From Psammoneis japonica (lineage: Eukaryota): a stretch of 51,206 nt of DNA. Below the pieces are notes generated by a model. It saw nothing but the letters and a program-made list of their open reading frames with translations. It ran no database searches and was not told the origin of the DNA. The stretch spans positions 434,001 through 485,206 of the forward strand of contig QPGO01000049.1 of the NCBI GenBank assembly GCA_008632985.1. Reading direction: 5' to 3'. Position numbers and translations under genes: made by a program. Positions 1 to 13,443 of the stretch are shown piece after piece; within the stretch, counting starts at the first letter, position 1; each line of letters starts with the position of its first letter.

Positions 1-1140
1 GGGTGCAAAGGCTGGCCAAGGTCAGTGCCACTGGAGCTGCAGCAGCCATGCCATGGCAGCAAAGAACAACTGGGCTCAGAACTTGGCTCAAGAACAGCGC
101 CAGAGAGGATCTGGGACAGAAACATTGCCTGCGAGGCAAGATGTTGCCCTCAACTGATGCACAGACTTGATTTTGCACTTTTGGGGGATGAAAGTGGAAA
201 GTTTGTTGCATTCAGAGGAATGAGCTTGGCACATGTGGGCAAGCAAGAGAGGGGTTTTTCAGGGCTGGCAGGAGGAGCAAAATGGAACAAGGCATTGCCA
301 GTGTGACAAGCCAGGTGTCAGAAGAAACATTTGTCACACACACAACATTGTGCAGAAAAACAGTGCCGGGTCTTGCATGGAAATGCTGGCTCATGCACAG
401 CAGATAAATGATTGTCAAATGATGCTCAAGATTGAGCATGAATTCATTGGTTTTTTTCAAGTGCTTGTTGACGATCACAGGAAAAGAGAGCTCAGCTGAC
501 CAACAACTTGGTCTCTCTACAAAAAGAAAAAGTGTCCAACCCAACCATGTGTGCTGCCTGCTTGGCACTTGCTTGCCATTCAACTTGCACCAGCAGCCTT
601 GTGGCAGAGAGCAGAGGGGGCATGTGCACAAGGGTTGCCAGCATGGCAAGACAAGAAGATCCGGTGTGCAGCAGCATTCACAAGTGGCGGTGCAAAGCTG
701 GCACATGATGTGTGGCTGTGCTCAAGTTTGGGGGGCTTGAAAACAGAGTTGAGGGATGCAAGAACTCATCCAAGGCCAACCAAACATTGGTGTGGGCAAG
801 AAGTGGAGAAATGCTGACAGTGCTCTCTGGCCTTGATGAGCCATTGTTGCTGCAGCACCTGGCTCCTGTTTTGCCATGCCAGCCAGCGCATCATGAGTGC
901 TGCCAGAGCTGCGAACAGCTTCAACTTCCTGCCCAACAACCCAAAGCTGGCAGCACAGAACTCTCAACACAACATCCTGTCTTGTCTGTGCTGGCCATTG
1001 CTGCTGTGACAGCCACACACAGCAGCAGGCTGGGGTTTTGAAGCAGCTTTGCGGCACTGAGGACTTGCAGACTGATTGAGCTGGATGGCCACAGCATGCA
1101 ATCTCTGCACCCTTACAAGGAAAATGGTGAACCTCTTGTT
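1..1140. other. TpA- and CpG-depleted degenerate block, probably an ancient repeat; family unrecognisable
   Basis: Almost no TA and few CG dinucleotides, with strong TG/CA excess. All frames give Cys/His-rich ORFs without recognisable motifs. The right boundary is approximate. Confidence 0.6.
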
Positions 1141-1703
1141 TGTGTTCCATTTTGGACGGAGAAGCAACCCAAACCAGAAGAATCAACAATCCGTCACCAA
1201 GCTGGAAGCGGACAGAATTACACGTGGAAGTTCATGTTGAAGTTTGTGTCGCGCTTGACAAGCGCGGAAAGGTCGGTGAGCCAATTTTCGAAAAGGGTGC
1301 TGAAACTCCCTCCAACGTCCAACGACAAATGCGCCAGCACCACCATGACGAAACAAAACCAACGAGTGGGAGCACCAATAGCAACCCAATTTGCAGCGCT
1401 CACCATGCATCATTTTGGGGCGTACCAGCTCTTGTCACTGGCAAAATGAAACGGGTTGCGAGCCGTTGTGTCACTGCTGAAGTGTCGGCATCATGTTTGT
1501 CTTTGTCCGTCAGGTTGTCGATGTGATGTGATGGCGTTCTCATTTTTTGAGTCGCGGAGCTGTCGTGGAAAGCTGCTTTCTCAAAAAAGAAAACGATACG
1601 CTTCCAGGTACAAATCACAGACAAAACAAGTGTTACAGTAACACAAGAGAGAAGATAGGAGAAACAAGAAGCAAAAAGAAGTACTCAGGAAGAAATGAGA
1701 TGA

Positions 1704-4439
1704 GAGAAACAGCAGCAGCAACAAGATCAAGAATGGGATCCAGAAGGTCCGGTGGCTGGTGCTTTTGCCATTCAACATGGACAAGCTATTCCAAGAGCAG
1801 GACAAGATCCAGATAGTGTTACATTCTTTTCGGAACCATCCAGCAGCAACACGACGCAAAGTGCTTTTGTTGTTCAAGCGGAACTTGCGCAAGTAACCGA
1901 CGAGGAGGCTGCTCGACTTCAAGAAGAAATTCGTCATTTACGCCAAGTAGTTCCTCCCTTGGCGGAAGCACAAGTGGTGGAACCCGTGAATACCACAGAA
2001 CTGGACGTTGAGGAGACCGAACAGCACATTGTCCGTGCTCCTAGTTCACGCAGGTCTCTCTTCAGTCATCACGCGGAACAAGGGGAAACTCAGCGTCGCC
2101 GTAAGCGCTACATTTATCTGGGAATAGCAGTAGTAGTGATCGTTGCAACTATTGTTGGCATTGTTATTGTAGTGACTGGGGAAGGTGGAGGCGATGGTGG
2201 CAACAACGAGAGGACTACAAAAGAAGCAGCTGGACTGGAAATGACTGTGAATGGCGTAACTAAAGAGTTTGACGCATCCGATACTGAACTATGGACCACT
2301 TCAACCAAGAAATATGTCGAAGGCTTTTACAACAGTCACCAACGTCGGCTGCTGAGATTGCGACAAATAAGCAACGTTCAAGACGTTGAAATTACATTGG
2401 AAGTAACCGATACTGATCTTTTACAGGCTGGTGATGACGGCGCGGATTCAGTCTTGCTTGTCACCTACAGTCAAGTTGTTACGTATACGTTCGAGGGCGA
2501 CGACATTTCGATTGAAAGCTTGGTGACTGAGCCATTCAGGACTGCTGTAGCGAGAATTACATATGCAAACCACCTGCGAGAAACCGGTAAGGCTTCAGGA
2601 AATAACTTTTGATGAGTTGACTGCAGTTAGCATATTGCCCGACACAATGCCTACAAAGCCACCGACAAGCAATCCCGAGTCATCGCCTCCAATGCCAACT
2701 ACGAGCCCAAATTCCTCTCCCACCCCAGAGCCAACTCTTTCGGAGTCTACTTTGATGCCGCCCGCACCAAGCGTTGCTCCAACACGTCCAGCTACTGAAT
2801 CACCGACACTGATGCCAACGCCAGACCCATCTCCTGTTCCAACCTTTGCTACTCCATCCCCTACGACGAGTTCACCGATGCACAAGCCATCGCCAAATCC
2901 TACTCCGGTTCCTACTTTTGCCGGTCCATCCCCTACGACGAGTTCACCAACGCAAAGGCCATCGCCAACGCCAAATCCAACACCTGTTCCACCTTTACCA
3001 CTCAACCTCCTACAAGCTCCCCAACGAAAATACCAACGCTAAAGCCAACAACACCGCCCGCTACTCCTTCTCCCACTGTTTCACCCCCCTACACGCCCAC
3101 CAATACCAAATCCGACGCCTATCCCAACACAAACGCCCCATGTAGATCTCACTGGGAAACCAACGCCATTGCCAACCCTTACCATGCCTCCTACGCTGGG
3201 CCCTGAGCCCACCTTACCTCCAACTCGAATTCCTACCCTTTCTCCCACACAAGCTGGGCCTCTACCCAACGTTACATTTCAGCCTTTTGGACAAGTCTTG
3301 CATGGCAAAGCGGAAAAAGACTCGTTTGGCAATTCCGTCTCTCTGTCAAGAGATGGAAATGTAATGGCAGTGGGAGCCTCTCAGTCGAATACGGTATTTC
3401 TTGGTTACGTTTCGGTTTATCGATACAATCGCGACACTGAAACATGGAACCGTACTGGCCAGGAGCTACTCGGACAAAAGGGCGGCGACGATTTTGGTGA
3501 GTCTGTATCCTTAAATGGTGACGGAACGATTCTTGCAGTTGGAGCTGATGAGAATGACAGGGGCGGAGACAATGCCGGTGTTGTCAGAGTGTTTCAATAC
3601 AATGTTTCCCCAGATCGATGGGACCCACACGGAAGCGAAATAAGGGACAAGCGGCTGGTGATCGATTTGGTGTCTCCCTCTCTCTGTCGGATGAGGGAGA
3701 CATTCTCGCCGTGGGAGCGTTTCATTCTGGGTCGGTACGATTGTTTCAATACAGTCCTGATACTTCGACTTGGAAGCAACTTGGACAGACACTTCTCGGT
3801 CAAGCCGCCGATGATGGATTTGGACGTTCCGTTTGTTTGAATCGCTCAGGCGGCATTGTTGCCGTTGGAGCACAGAGAAATGATTCGGCGGGCGACGATG
3901 CAGGTCAGGTCTTGGTGTATGAATACAAATCTCCTTCATGGGAGCCATTGGGTGATCCAATCGATGGAGCTGTCGTTCGTGGTGAGTTTGGACATTCGCT
4001 TTCTCTTATGACAGTGGCTCAATCCTGGCAGTGGGTGCGCCACGAAGCAATGAAAGAGTTTTGGGTATACTACCATGATAGCGAATCTTCAACATGGAAA
4101 CAACTTGGGCAACCTTTGCTATCCCAACAGCCAAGTAATGATTTCGGACATTCGGTGTCATTGAATGGCAATGGAAATGTGATGGCAGTTGGAAGTAAAG
4201 AGCATAACGTAAATGGATTAACCAATGCGGGTCAAGTTAGAATTTTTCAGTACGACACTAACGCCGACGAATGGAAGCAGCTGGGTAATCCTTTGACTGG
4301 TAAGGCTCAAGGTGATGAATTTGGGTGGTCATTGTCCATGTCGGCAGACGGAAAGATTGTTGGAGTTGGTGCGTCGAATGGACGTAACAGCAATGGCGAT
4401 GATTCAGGATCTACTTTTGGATTCGCAGCAAACAGCTAG
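1704..4439 (+). CDS. Membrane-anchored protein: one TM helix, Pro/Thr/Ser-rich stalk and C-terminal FG-GAP-like beta-propeller repeats; frameshifted in this sequence
   Basis: TM segment IYLGIAVVVIVATIVGIVIVV follows basic RRRKR. PTPSP-type stalk at ~2640-3270. Repeated 'G..FG.SVSL..DG..LAVGA' units. ORF pieces 1752-2612, 2563-3042, 3169-3840 and 3618-4439 join via single-base indels in short runs (~2610, ~2990, ~3085, ~3645, ~4008, ~4060). Start codon not resolved. Confidence 0.75.
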
Positions 4440-4512
4440 TGGAGCTTCGACAATTGCGTTGTTGCTTGTCTTCAATTTGTTCTTTCTACCGGTTATGAGC
4501 ATTGCTCCTTAG

Positions 4513-4606
4513 ACTCTCGTTTGGATGACCAATCTACTAGCTAGAGAGAATAGCTACTCTCCCTACTCTAGCTACTAGCTAGTAGAGAGAGTTGCTGGTA
4601 GAGAGC
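4513..4606. repeat. CTAG/TAGC/AGAG-rich low-complexity tract at a gene-to-TE-block border
   Basis: ctactagctagagagaatagctactctccctactctagctactagctagtagagaga; the TA-depleted block begins just after it. Confidence 0.7.
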
Positions 4607-4849
4607 TTGTTGTGTCGATGTGCGCTATGATGTGGTTGTGTGTGATTGTCAGAGAGGGCCGACGCCGCCCACGTTACGACGTGCGATCTTCCAAACCTGC
4701 CTCCACACTCCAACCTGCAGACCGAAGCGCTGTTTCTGAAACAAGGAAGAAAAACAATGGAAAGGGTCAGCTTGATGTTACAATCTGCTCATCACAGTTT
4801 CTGTGCACCCAAAGCCTTGGATGACATTGTGTGCTCTGTTCGTTCTGGC

Positions 4850-6560
4850 ACTCCAGTGCACTCTGAACCTGACACACCTTCCCTTTTGTGTGCCACGTGC
4901 TCACACAGATGGCAGAAATGCTGCTTGAGCCTGGTTGAGAACTCCAAGGTCATGCATGATTGAGAAGGAGCCTTGCAAAGGACAACATCTTCCCTGGACA
5001 GTGAGTGTTGGTCCACCACTTTGTGTGCTCTATTCTGACTTTGTGTGCTCCACTCATGAATGCCTGCCCCACCCCTGTGGGAAAGAGAACATCAAGCATC
5101 AACATTCAAGTGTCATTGTTTTTGTGGATCATGCTTCAGGGGAAGTTTTGTCCACTGTCAAACTCACTTGAACTCCCATGAAACCCTTGATGAGTCTAAA
5201 ACTGCCTTTGAGCAGCCTTTGCCTCAGCTGATTGTCAGGCGCACCTCATGGCATTTGAACAAGTGATGAAATGTGCCAGTGTGAGAGTCTGTTGCCACAG
5301 CAACATGTTGCCAAGCAAGCCATCAACATGGCCATCATGTCAACAGCACATTCCATGACATGGCGTGCTGTGATCTGCTGGCCTGGCATGGCCAATGCTG
5401 TCCTGTGGCCATGCCTGGTCCTTCAGCTAGCACACTGGCCCTGCAGAGTTGTTTGCAAGGACCCGCTGACTGCACTCTTGCTTTCAAGATTGCTGTGCTT
5501 GGATTTTTGCCAAGAGGTTTCAGGTCCTCACTTGGCCTCAAAGCTTGTCTGAAGCTCAACAAGAGTCTGCATGAGCTGTCTTCTGCACCCAAAAAGTGTG
5601 GTGCAGAGAACTGCCTCCAACCTTTTCTTGCTTTGAGATTTTTCCAAAGCAAGTTTGATCCCTGCCTCCTGCTCCACCATGACTGCATGGTCTGTGTGCG
5701 TGTCAATCGTGATGGAGGCAACAGCACAGCATTGTGTTTGCCGCTGATGAAGTTGTCAAAGGCCAGCTCAAGAAAGGATTTGATTTGACCAAGGAAGGCA
5801 GCTTTGTCAAGAAGGTTTTTGGGGCCAAGTTCAAGAAGCAAGTGGAAGTGCTGTCAACTTGCTTGTCACAGACTGGGTTGTGAAAGATTGCAAATACAAC
5901 ATTTTGCCTGCAGCACTTGTGGCAACAAGATGGTGAGCTGTGGATGAGCACTGGAGGAGCTGCCCACCCATCATTGGCATGACATCTGCGTTTGCCTGTG
6001 AACACTTGTCCTGACATTGCTTTGGCTGTGAGTGAAGTTGTGTGCTTCAGTCAAGCTCCTCTCAAGTTGTCACATGCTGCTGCTGCTGGCTGTCAAAACT
6101 CTTTTGCTGCTGCTCTCTTGCTTCATCAAGAACTGGTTCAGACCCAAACTCAGAGCTCATTTGTGTGCTGGCTGGTGCCTCTGGTTGCCCTGAATGCTTG
6201 TGTTCTCTGGTCTAAAAATTTGACTCCAAACTTCTTTCTCTTGCTCTGCCCTTGATGTTGAGCACCAAGTGTGGCCTCTTTTGTTGCCTCTTTTAAGAGG
6301 GTGCTTTGAGAGGTTGCGCCATTGTTCTTTGGTGCTCATGTCCAACCTCAAGACCTCTGTTTTTCCAAGTTGCCTTCTTCCTTACAACTGGCCACCACAT
6401 TGCCAACCATGACCATGCCAAGCATTTTCTCATCAAGTGGCGTTGGCTTTGGTCTCACAGCCATGAAATTCTGGACATCAAGATCAAATCAGTGGATTGG
6501 CATGTGCTGATTTCCTCACCAAGCCTTTTGCCAGAGAGCTCTTTCTTGCACCAGCAAAAG
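4850..6560 (+). mobile_element. Degenerate Ty1/Copia (diatom CoDi-like) pol remnant with INT, RT and RNase H fragments
   Basis: Motifs in the expected order: IVFVDHASG and LNSHETL..SKTAFEQ (integrase, ~5110-5215); LKLNKSLHELSSAPKK (cf. LKL.KSLYGL..AP) and FFQSKFDPCLL (RT, ~5550-5670); PDIALAVS (~6010); KHFLIKW.W and ADFLTKP (RNase H, ~6420-6525). Lies in a TA-depleted block spanning ~4630-7940. Confidence 0.8.
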
Positions 6561-8058
6561 AGAGCTCAGGGTTGGTGCACACCATCAGCTCTCTTCGTTT
6601 GTTGCTTGTTGCAGCTTGGACCAAGACTGGAGAAGAGCTGCAGTCAGGTTTGAAGTTGCCCCTGTCATGTGAGCATTGAGTTCTTTTTCTTGTTGAATTT
6701 TTGATTTTTGGCTAAATCTGCAAATGAGAGAGAGATTCAAGGATCATCTGTCCAGCAATCTGAGTTTTGCTTTCTGTTTGTCAATTTGAGCTGTTCCTGC
6801 AATGTTGGCCCCAATTGTCAGAGCTCGAGGCTCAGTGAGAGTCATTTTCCACACAAATGTCGTCACAAGTCCATTGTCAGCTGTGTTTCATGCAGCAGGA
6901 GGTCAATTGCTGCTGGCATCTCCTCCAGTTTGCCGCAGAGGCAATGCAGACATTTGCATGCTGTGAGTCATCTGGTTGCATTTGCCAGCTTTCAACACAG
7001 ACAGCTCACAATTTGGGCATTTGTGCTTTGTGAAAGGCACTTGACTGCCAGCTGAACACTGCATTGTTGCTCATCAGCAGAGCGTTTCTGTTTGCCATCT
7101 GTCTGCTGAGGCACAACCCTGGAGTGGACATCCAGGTGGTGTGCCAAAAGATGCACAAAGCTGGCTCTGTGCACGTGTGAGCTTCAACTCAGAGTGCGTG
7201 ACTCAATGTGTGACAGAATTGAGAATGAGTCCATGAGTGCTTGGCAGTGTGGCAATCCATGTGGCAACCTCTAAAAGGGGGTGCCACTGGATGCTGATGG
7301 CTGAGGCCTTTTTCTGTGCATGGCACTTTGTGAAGAGATTGTGTGTGCCATTGTTGTGCAGGTGATGATCCAATGGTTTTGCTCTTCTCTCTGTCATGCC
7401 ATGAGAGCTTGCTGGATGCTGCGCTGCTGCCTTGCACTTGTGTTGTTCTTGTTGTTGGGTTTCTGCTTGTGTGGTGCTTAATTTGCAGATGTTGTTGTGG
7501 CATGTGCAGATGCAGAAGCATTCAGATGGGCAGCATCAGGTGATGCACAGGGGGCTGCAGGAGGGAGGGAAGGGGCACACGTGAGACAGCACACAGGAGG
7601 ATGTTTTGAGGAAGGAGCAGAGATGGTGGGGGAGGGGAGGGAGGAAAGGAAGTGAAGGATGTGGGCAGCAGAGTGATGAACAATGTTGCAACCAAGGGTT
7701 GGCATCACCCGTTGGGAGGGGGGGGGGCAGAGCAACAAGAGCTGCCGAAGTGATCAGCAGTGAGAGTTGCTGCCAAGAAGCAAAGTGGCAGCAGGGAGGA
7801 GGGCGCCGGAGGGAGAGGAGAGAGCACAGGAGAAAGCATCAAAGGATGCAGCAGAGTTTTGCAAGGATGAGCACGATGCATTGTCTGTTCTCTGAAAGGA
7901 AGTGTGGACTGCCCTTTCGTTCATTGGATCTTCGCTGACAACGGAATGCATGCCGGCACTAACTGCGACTGCCTGGCACATGCAATGCCACTCCCAACGG
8001 GAGGTCTGTAAGTGGTACGGATGGGCATAAGCGAGTATGTACAAAAAAGGAGCGTACG

Positions 8059-8416
8059 TTAAAGACAATTATACACCAAACATTTATTAATAAAAAACAT
8101 ATCTCCATTCAGGTTTCCCGCAATTTCTACTGTGAGTTAGCCGGGGTAGGGCTAGTTGGTCGCGCACGTTTGGGCTCGATGCAGCCGTGCAACTAGCCAT
8201 ACCCTGCAGGAAGAGCTGTTGGTGGCGCGCGAGCAGAAGCAACAAAGCAAAGAACACGGCGTGGGTCAAAACGTTGTAAAATGACGCAACAACAAGCAGC
8301 GAGAAGAAACCCAACTTGACCCATGAATACAGCGCATACATATTGTCCAACCACTTCAATAGTATCTCGTATTCCCAGCTTGTAGATGAGGGGACGGCGT
8401 TCGCGTTTCTCGCCAT
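8059..8416 (-). CDS. Putative small (~94 aa) hydrophobic protein with one intron (8130-8202)
   Basis: caacaccATGG start; hydrophobic stretch LGFFSLLVVASFYNVLTHAVFFALLLLLA; G|gtatgg donor, ctaac branch point and cacag acceptor give a 73-nt intron; the frame continues VEIAGNLNGDMFFINKCLVYNCL*. No homology recognised. Confidence 0.35.
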
Positions 8417-9237
8417 GGTGTTGTTGTGCGTTATCGTGTTGTTTGCGCGCGAAGACCACGGGATCTATTTATCCGATAATAACTCTGTTTTGGTAATAGT
8501 AGATGTTTTACTGTATTCAATCTGGAAATATTTTGAGAAGCGCTTCGGGGCGACCCTGTTCGCACCGTTAAATAGAAATTTTTTTTATACAGATTCCAGA
8601 GTTCTTTCGGGGTGTTCTGTAAGATTTTTGAATTGGTATATACATATATTAGAGGCCTTAGCAAAATCAATGATATGTAATAGCCTCAGAGACCGACATA
8701 AATTTATGTTCCATGTAGACCACGTAGATTGTGTACCGGCGGAAAATCCACGGCATGTCATCACTCAGTAGTAATTCTACGTATATCCTACTTACACCTC
8801 ACACACGTACACACACCTACACAGTCTAATAACCGCGCACACGTGCGCGAGATTAGATTGTGACAATGCATAATATTCAGTATGTAATAATATATTAAAA
8901 ATTGAAAACTATCAAATTTCTACAGAATTTCTCGTTACTATCGTTTGCACTATCGACCCATGCATGTTCTGCACTTTTCGCACCTGCATCATCGATGAGA
9001 CGACATCGCTCTCGCCTTGCAAGACTTCTTGTTGTGGTTGATTGTGGGCGCGTTGCTTTTTCCGAACGAACGAACAATGCACCACTAGTTACTCGAGAGA
9101 AACAACAACAAGTGGGGTTGCTACAAAAAGTGACGAGAAAGAAAAGGAGACGCGTTTTGTAACAACTCGGTAGTAGGTAGTACTTTTTGTTCAATCTTTT
9201 CTCTAGAGAAGAGAGCGACAGAGGCCAACTGTAGCCT

Positions 9238-9240
<3 letters not shown>

Positions 9241-9268
<28 letters not shown>
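9241..9268 (+). repeat. (TC)14 microsatellite just upstream of the ATG at 9272
   Basis: Direct reading. Confidence 0.95.
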
Positions 9269-9271
<3 letters not shown>

Positions 9272-9275
<4 letters not shown>

Positions 9276-11762
9276 TGAATGTCAAGAATAGAATTGCTTC
9301 CTTTGAAGCCAAAAACAAAGAAGTTTCAGATTCCAAGTATTCACCACCTGATAAGAAGCATGACGCATCCTCCACAACACAAGCAGCAGCCGTGTCGAAC
9401 ACCAGCATGGCGAGTCAAAACAGACGAAATCGACTTGCGGCGGATAATAATGCAAGACAAAATAACACCACTTTGGCATCACGACGACGAATGAGACAAC
9501 AAATGCGAAGGAAAATGGAAACTAGTGAGACTGCGACGACAACAACACAAAACAACAATAGCTTTTCTACAACGCCATCACGACATCAACAAAAAGTACA
9601 AGCATCCTTTCAATCTCGACGACTCACATCCAATCGTCGTTTTGTTCATACCGTGAGTCACGAAAGTTCGGATGAATCATGGGCAGCAGTCATAGCAATA
9701 ACGAAGAAGGTGACGAATTGTTCTTGTCTCCTAATCGGAGATTATCTCCATCACGAATTGCCAAATCCATCGAATGCAACGCATGAAGAATAATGGGATG
9801 ACGACGACCAATACTACTACTTCTCAGCAACAGCATGGCTCATATCAAGAGGAGCAGGATATCTTGTTAGCGTCGTCTACAAACGACGACGAAGCTACGT
9901 TAACCAGTGTTCGACAAGTGGTTACCGGTAGTAGTGCGCCCACGAAAATACCAAAAAATCACAAGACATTCATCGAAATTTCAATCATGATGATTTTGGT
10001 ACAACCGATAACGATACCAAACAGAGTTGGTTGAACCAAGGTGGTGTTGATCCGCATCAAAACAGTGCCGTGTTGCGCATGGCGTCCTCGTCCGATTATG
10101 AAAGTGATGGCAATGACCACAATAAGAAGGGTAGTGGTGGTGGTGGTGTAGCAACCAAGCAGAAGAATCGATCCATTCCTCCACCCGACTCGGCCATGGG
10201 CGCCTTCATGTCGCACAATAGTAGTAATCACTCCTCCTTTCGTCATTATGACGAGGAAGACGATCGCACCTTTGATTACGGATCACTCCTCGAAGAGAGT
10301 ACGCACGGGAGCTTTGATACGCAACAACGAGAAGCACAGCGCAAAGCCAAGGAGGAAAAGGATCAACAAGCCAGTGTCGGCTTTGATCAAGAAGCGTCGT
10401 CGCCTCTCATTAATAAAGATGATGTCGAGTTTTACAAAAATGCCGTCGATTCCGGTGTCGCCAAGGCGGGAGTTGGAGTGGTGGCGGCCGGTGCCGTGGG
10501 AGGGTTGCTCTTGGGGCCTGTGGGTATCTTGCTGAGTGTTGCGGCGGTGGGGATTGGTGTGGGTGCCATGCAGATTCCAGAAGAACAGCGATCCAATGTA
10601 AAAGAAAAGGCAGCCAGTGCCGTCTTTTCGGCAACCGACAAACTCTCGAAGAGCTGTGGGACGGCGTGTATACAGTCTGGAATCGTGGATCAACTACCTC
10701 CGGAAATGACACAGTGTTATACTGGAACGGAAACGGAAGAAGGCACAGTCGGCACCACAACGGTAGTAGAGCCGGATAGTGCGCAAGACGCAGCAGCCAG
10801 CAAGGGAGCGTCCCAAGCAGCAGCAGCAGCAGCAGCAAACGATACCCGCATGGAAAAGGGCGGTGTCAATGATAGCTTTAACAGCACCATGCGAGGGTTG
10901 ATTCCGGAAACAACAACACACAAGTCAACATCTCCATCTCGGAGAGCCGCGTGCTTGCGAGAAGGTAAGGATTGCGTCCAAGTGTTTTTGCGTTTTGCAT
11001 TGTAACGCGCTTTTGATCAAAGGCTCAAGCACGTTTTCCAAAATCTCACTTGTTGTAGTGAGAATAGTTCCAGTGAATCAGATTCATGGGCTGAATCCAA
11101 TACAGCAGCCGCGTGCATGGCTGGATGTCATGGCCAGTGCCAATACCACTATTCATGAAAAGAACGAAGCGATGGAGGAGATTGCAATCTTGGCCAAAGA
11201 CAAGGTATGTGCCTTTTGCTGTGGTACCTTATCAAGTCAATCCAGCTAGTTTCTCACGAGCGACATACTTGCATTGATTGTTTAGAAACATGCGCGGGTA
11301 TTTCTTGATGTAAGTCAACAATAGCTGCCGAGCAACACTGATCGGATAAACCTGCTGTCGCTCACCATTTTTTTCGTCATGCTTCAAATTTCAGGAGGGA
11401 ATCTTGGACTCGCTCATGTGGATAATCAGGACATATCTGACAAAGCTAGAAACTCTGTACCAGTATCTCAAGACGAGACCTTTACAGTTAAGTTGGCCGC
11501 ATGTTGCTGCATCACGTTGGGCAAGGCTCACTGTGCTCTTGTTCACACCGGAGGTGATTTGCTTCTTATGAGCATGTACGAGCATGGCAAAGTCCCCGAA
11601 GACCGTCAATTGGCACAGATGCTGTATGAAACTCCTCACCATACATTTGAAAAGGATGTGTTTGTGCTCAAACCACTCACCATGCCCCAAGCACAAGAAT
11701 TGGCGAAGTCCATCACGCAGCTAGCCGGCGACGACGTTGCGGCTGGAAACCCAAGACGATGA
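9272..11762 (+). CDS. Hypothetical protein with low-complexity N-terminus and Gly-rich hydrophobic segment; three introns; frameshifted in this sequence
   Basis: GT-AG introns 10965-11058, 11205-11285 and 11310-11394 keep the frame (LRE|VRIVPVNQIHG...AKDK|KHARVFLD|EGILDSLMWI), including a 24-nt microexon. Four apparent single-base deletions in short runs (~9682, ~9768, ~9955, ~11451) join the ORF pieces. Gly-zipper-like GVVAAGAVGGLLLGPVGILL segment. Confidence 0.75.
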
Positions 11763-11832
11763 TCGTCGCAAAGTTACTTGTATACCTACATTATTTTCAT
11801 AGTGCACATGATGTTTTTTATACCAGTGTCAT

Positions 11833-11896
11833 CTCTAGCTAGCTAGAGAGTAGTAAAGCCCTATCTAGCTATTAGAGCTAGCTGGCAGAGAGTAGA
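11833..11896. repeat. CTAG-rich tract at a gene-to-depleted-block border
   Basis: ctctagctagctagagagtagtaaagccctatctagctattagagctagc. Confidence 0.7.
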
Positions 11897-11959
11897 AGAA
11901 TGGCACGTTATGTGTCAGCTTGCGGTTTATAAAATAGCATGCACAATTTTAAATTTAAT

Positions 11960-13195
11960 TTGTCACATCTGGGATGTTGTCTTTCATTTTCCTTTCCTGC
12001 AAGTGATGAGGTGCTTTGTGCATGTCATCAAGCAGTCTCCTGATGCTCATGGGAACAATGCAGAACAACTGTCCATGAGCACCAGGTCCTTGAGCTCATG
12101 CTTGATGCTCCTCTTGGGTTGTTCATGCTGCAGCAGATGGTGACAACAGCCCAGGGCAATCAAGCAGCTCTCAGTGTCCTCCAAGTTGTCGGAACCATGC
12201 ACAGGAGGAACTTCACTGCTGTGAAGTCATCTTGTTCCTTGGGTGCACACCCTGTCATGCGCTGGTCATTCTTGGCTTGTGCCATGGCCTTGCTGTCCTT
12301 GCAGGCTCCACCTTGTCCTTGTGCTTTGTCATGACAATCTGCATCTGAAACATGATGGGATTGGCGAAACATTGGCAAAAATGGGTTTGGAATCAACAAC
12401 AATGCTGACCAGGCTTCTGCAAGTCTGTGCTTCTGGGTGGCACAGTTTTGTGTGAGTTTGAGTTCTTGGATTTTGTCAGCGGCACTGTCAATGCCAGCCC
12501 AATCCTTGTGGTGGGTCTCCATCCAATTGTGCAGTGGTTGAGGGGCTTGCCTCAGCCCTTGCCTTGGCATTGACCATGCTCTTGCTGCAATTGTGTGCCT
12601 TCAGTTGGCCATTCACTGGAGACCTGATCAGCAGGTGCTGACAACATTGTGCAATGATGTGCAGGCTGTGCCCTTTGAATGTGGCACTGCACCTGCACAG
12701 GCAGCCATGCTTGGCACTCTTTTCAAAGTGACTGCAACAACCACGCACCTGGTGTCATCCTGTCCAACATGGGCGCAGTTGGTCAAAAGGTGGGGAGCAA
12801 CATCTTGGTGGTTGTGGCCTCTCAGAGTCTCCTGCTTGGCAGTCTGATGCTGTGTGTGTTGTGGCTTGCAAGGCTGGGTGCAGCAACAACCTCTCATCTG
12901 GTGGGTCTGGCAGCAGGACGACTCCTTGTTCTGTGTGATGCCCCTGAACATGCAGACAATGGCACAGCTCAGCCAAGAGTTCCTTGATGGACAACTCATC
13001 TGTGAACACAAACACATCAGAGGCAAAAAGCCAGCAGCAGCTGTCACGAGGAAATGCAAAATGAAGTGGCATCTGTGCTGCTCCTCTTGTCCCTTCACCG
13101 ATGCAGTTTCAGAGGGATGTGAGAATGACGCAACAAAACTGCAGCAGGCATTCTCTCGTTTGCTTTTGGGTTTCCATGCAACAGTGAGCGGATCT
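11960..13195. other. TpA/CpG-depleted degenerate block, unassigned repeat remnant
   Basis: Essentially no TA over ~1.2 kb. Ends at a short ttttagctctctagag...gtagag tract (13195-13220). Confidence 0.65.
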
Positions 13196-13443
13196 TTTAG
13201 CTCTCTAGAGTGGCAGTAGAGCAGTTCTCGCTCGATAGATTCGACATCAACTACAGTGCGTTCGTGCTAGCTGCGTTATGCTCTGCCGCCTGTACCTCGC
13301 ACGGCGTCGACATGAGGTGTCAGTGCGTGAGTGCATCATCAAATAATAATCATCAACATTCAACATCAACATTCGAACATGGACGGAACATGGCGGTGCG
13401 TTCAATGTTTGTAAGCGAAGGCTCTAATGGAAGACGTCACACG

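Noticed and set aside
2595..3005. Gly/Val-rich minus-strand ORF
   Set aside because: Antisense shadow of the Pro/Thr-rich stalk on the plus strand.
13210..13443. N-terminal extensions of ORF-track calls at 13210, 17302, 21827 and 22272
   Set aside because: Most begin at non-ATG codons or run through apparent UTR/promoter sequence; downstream ATGs give proper presequences or domain starts.
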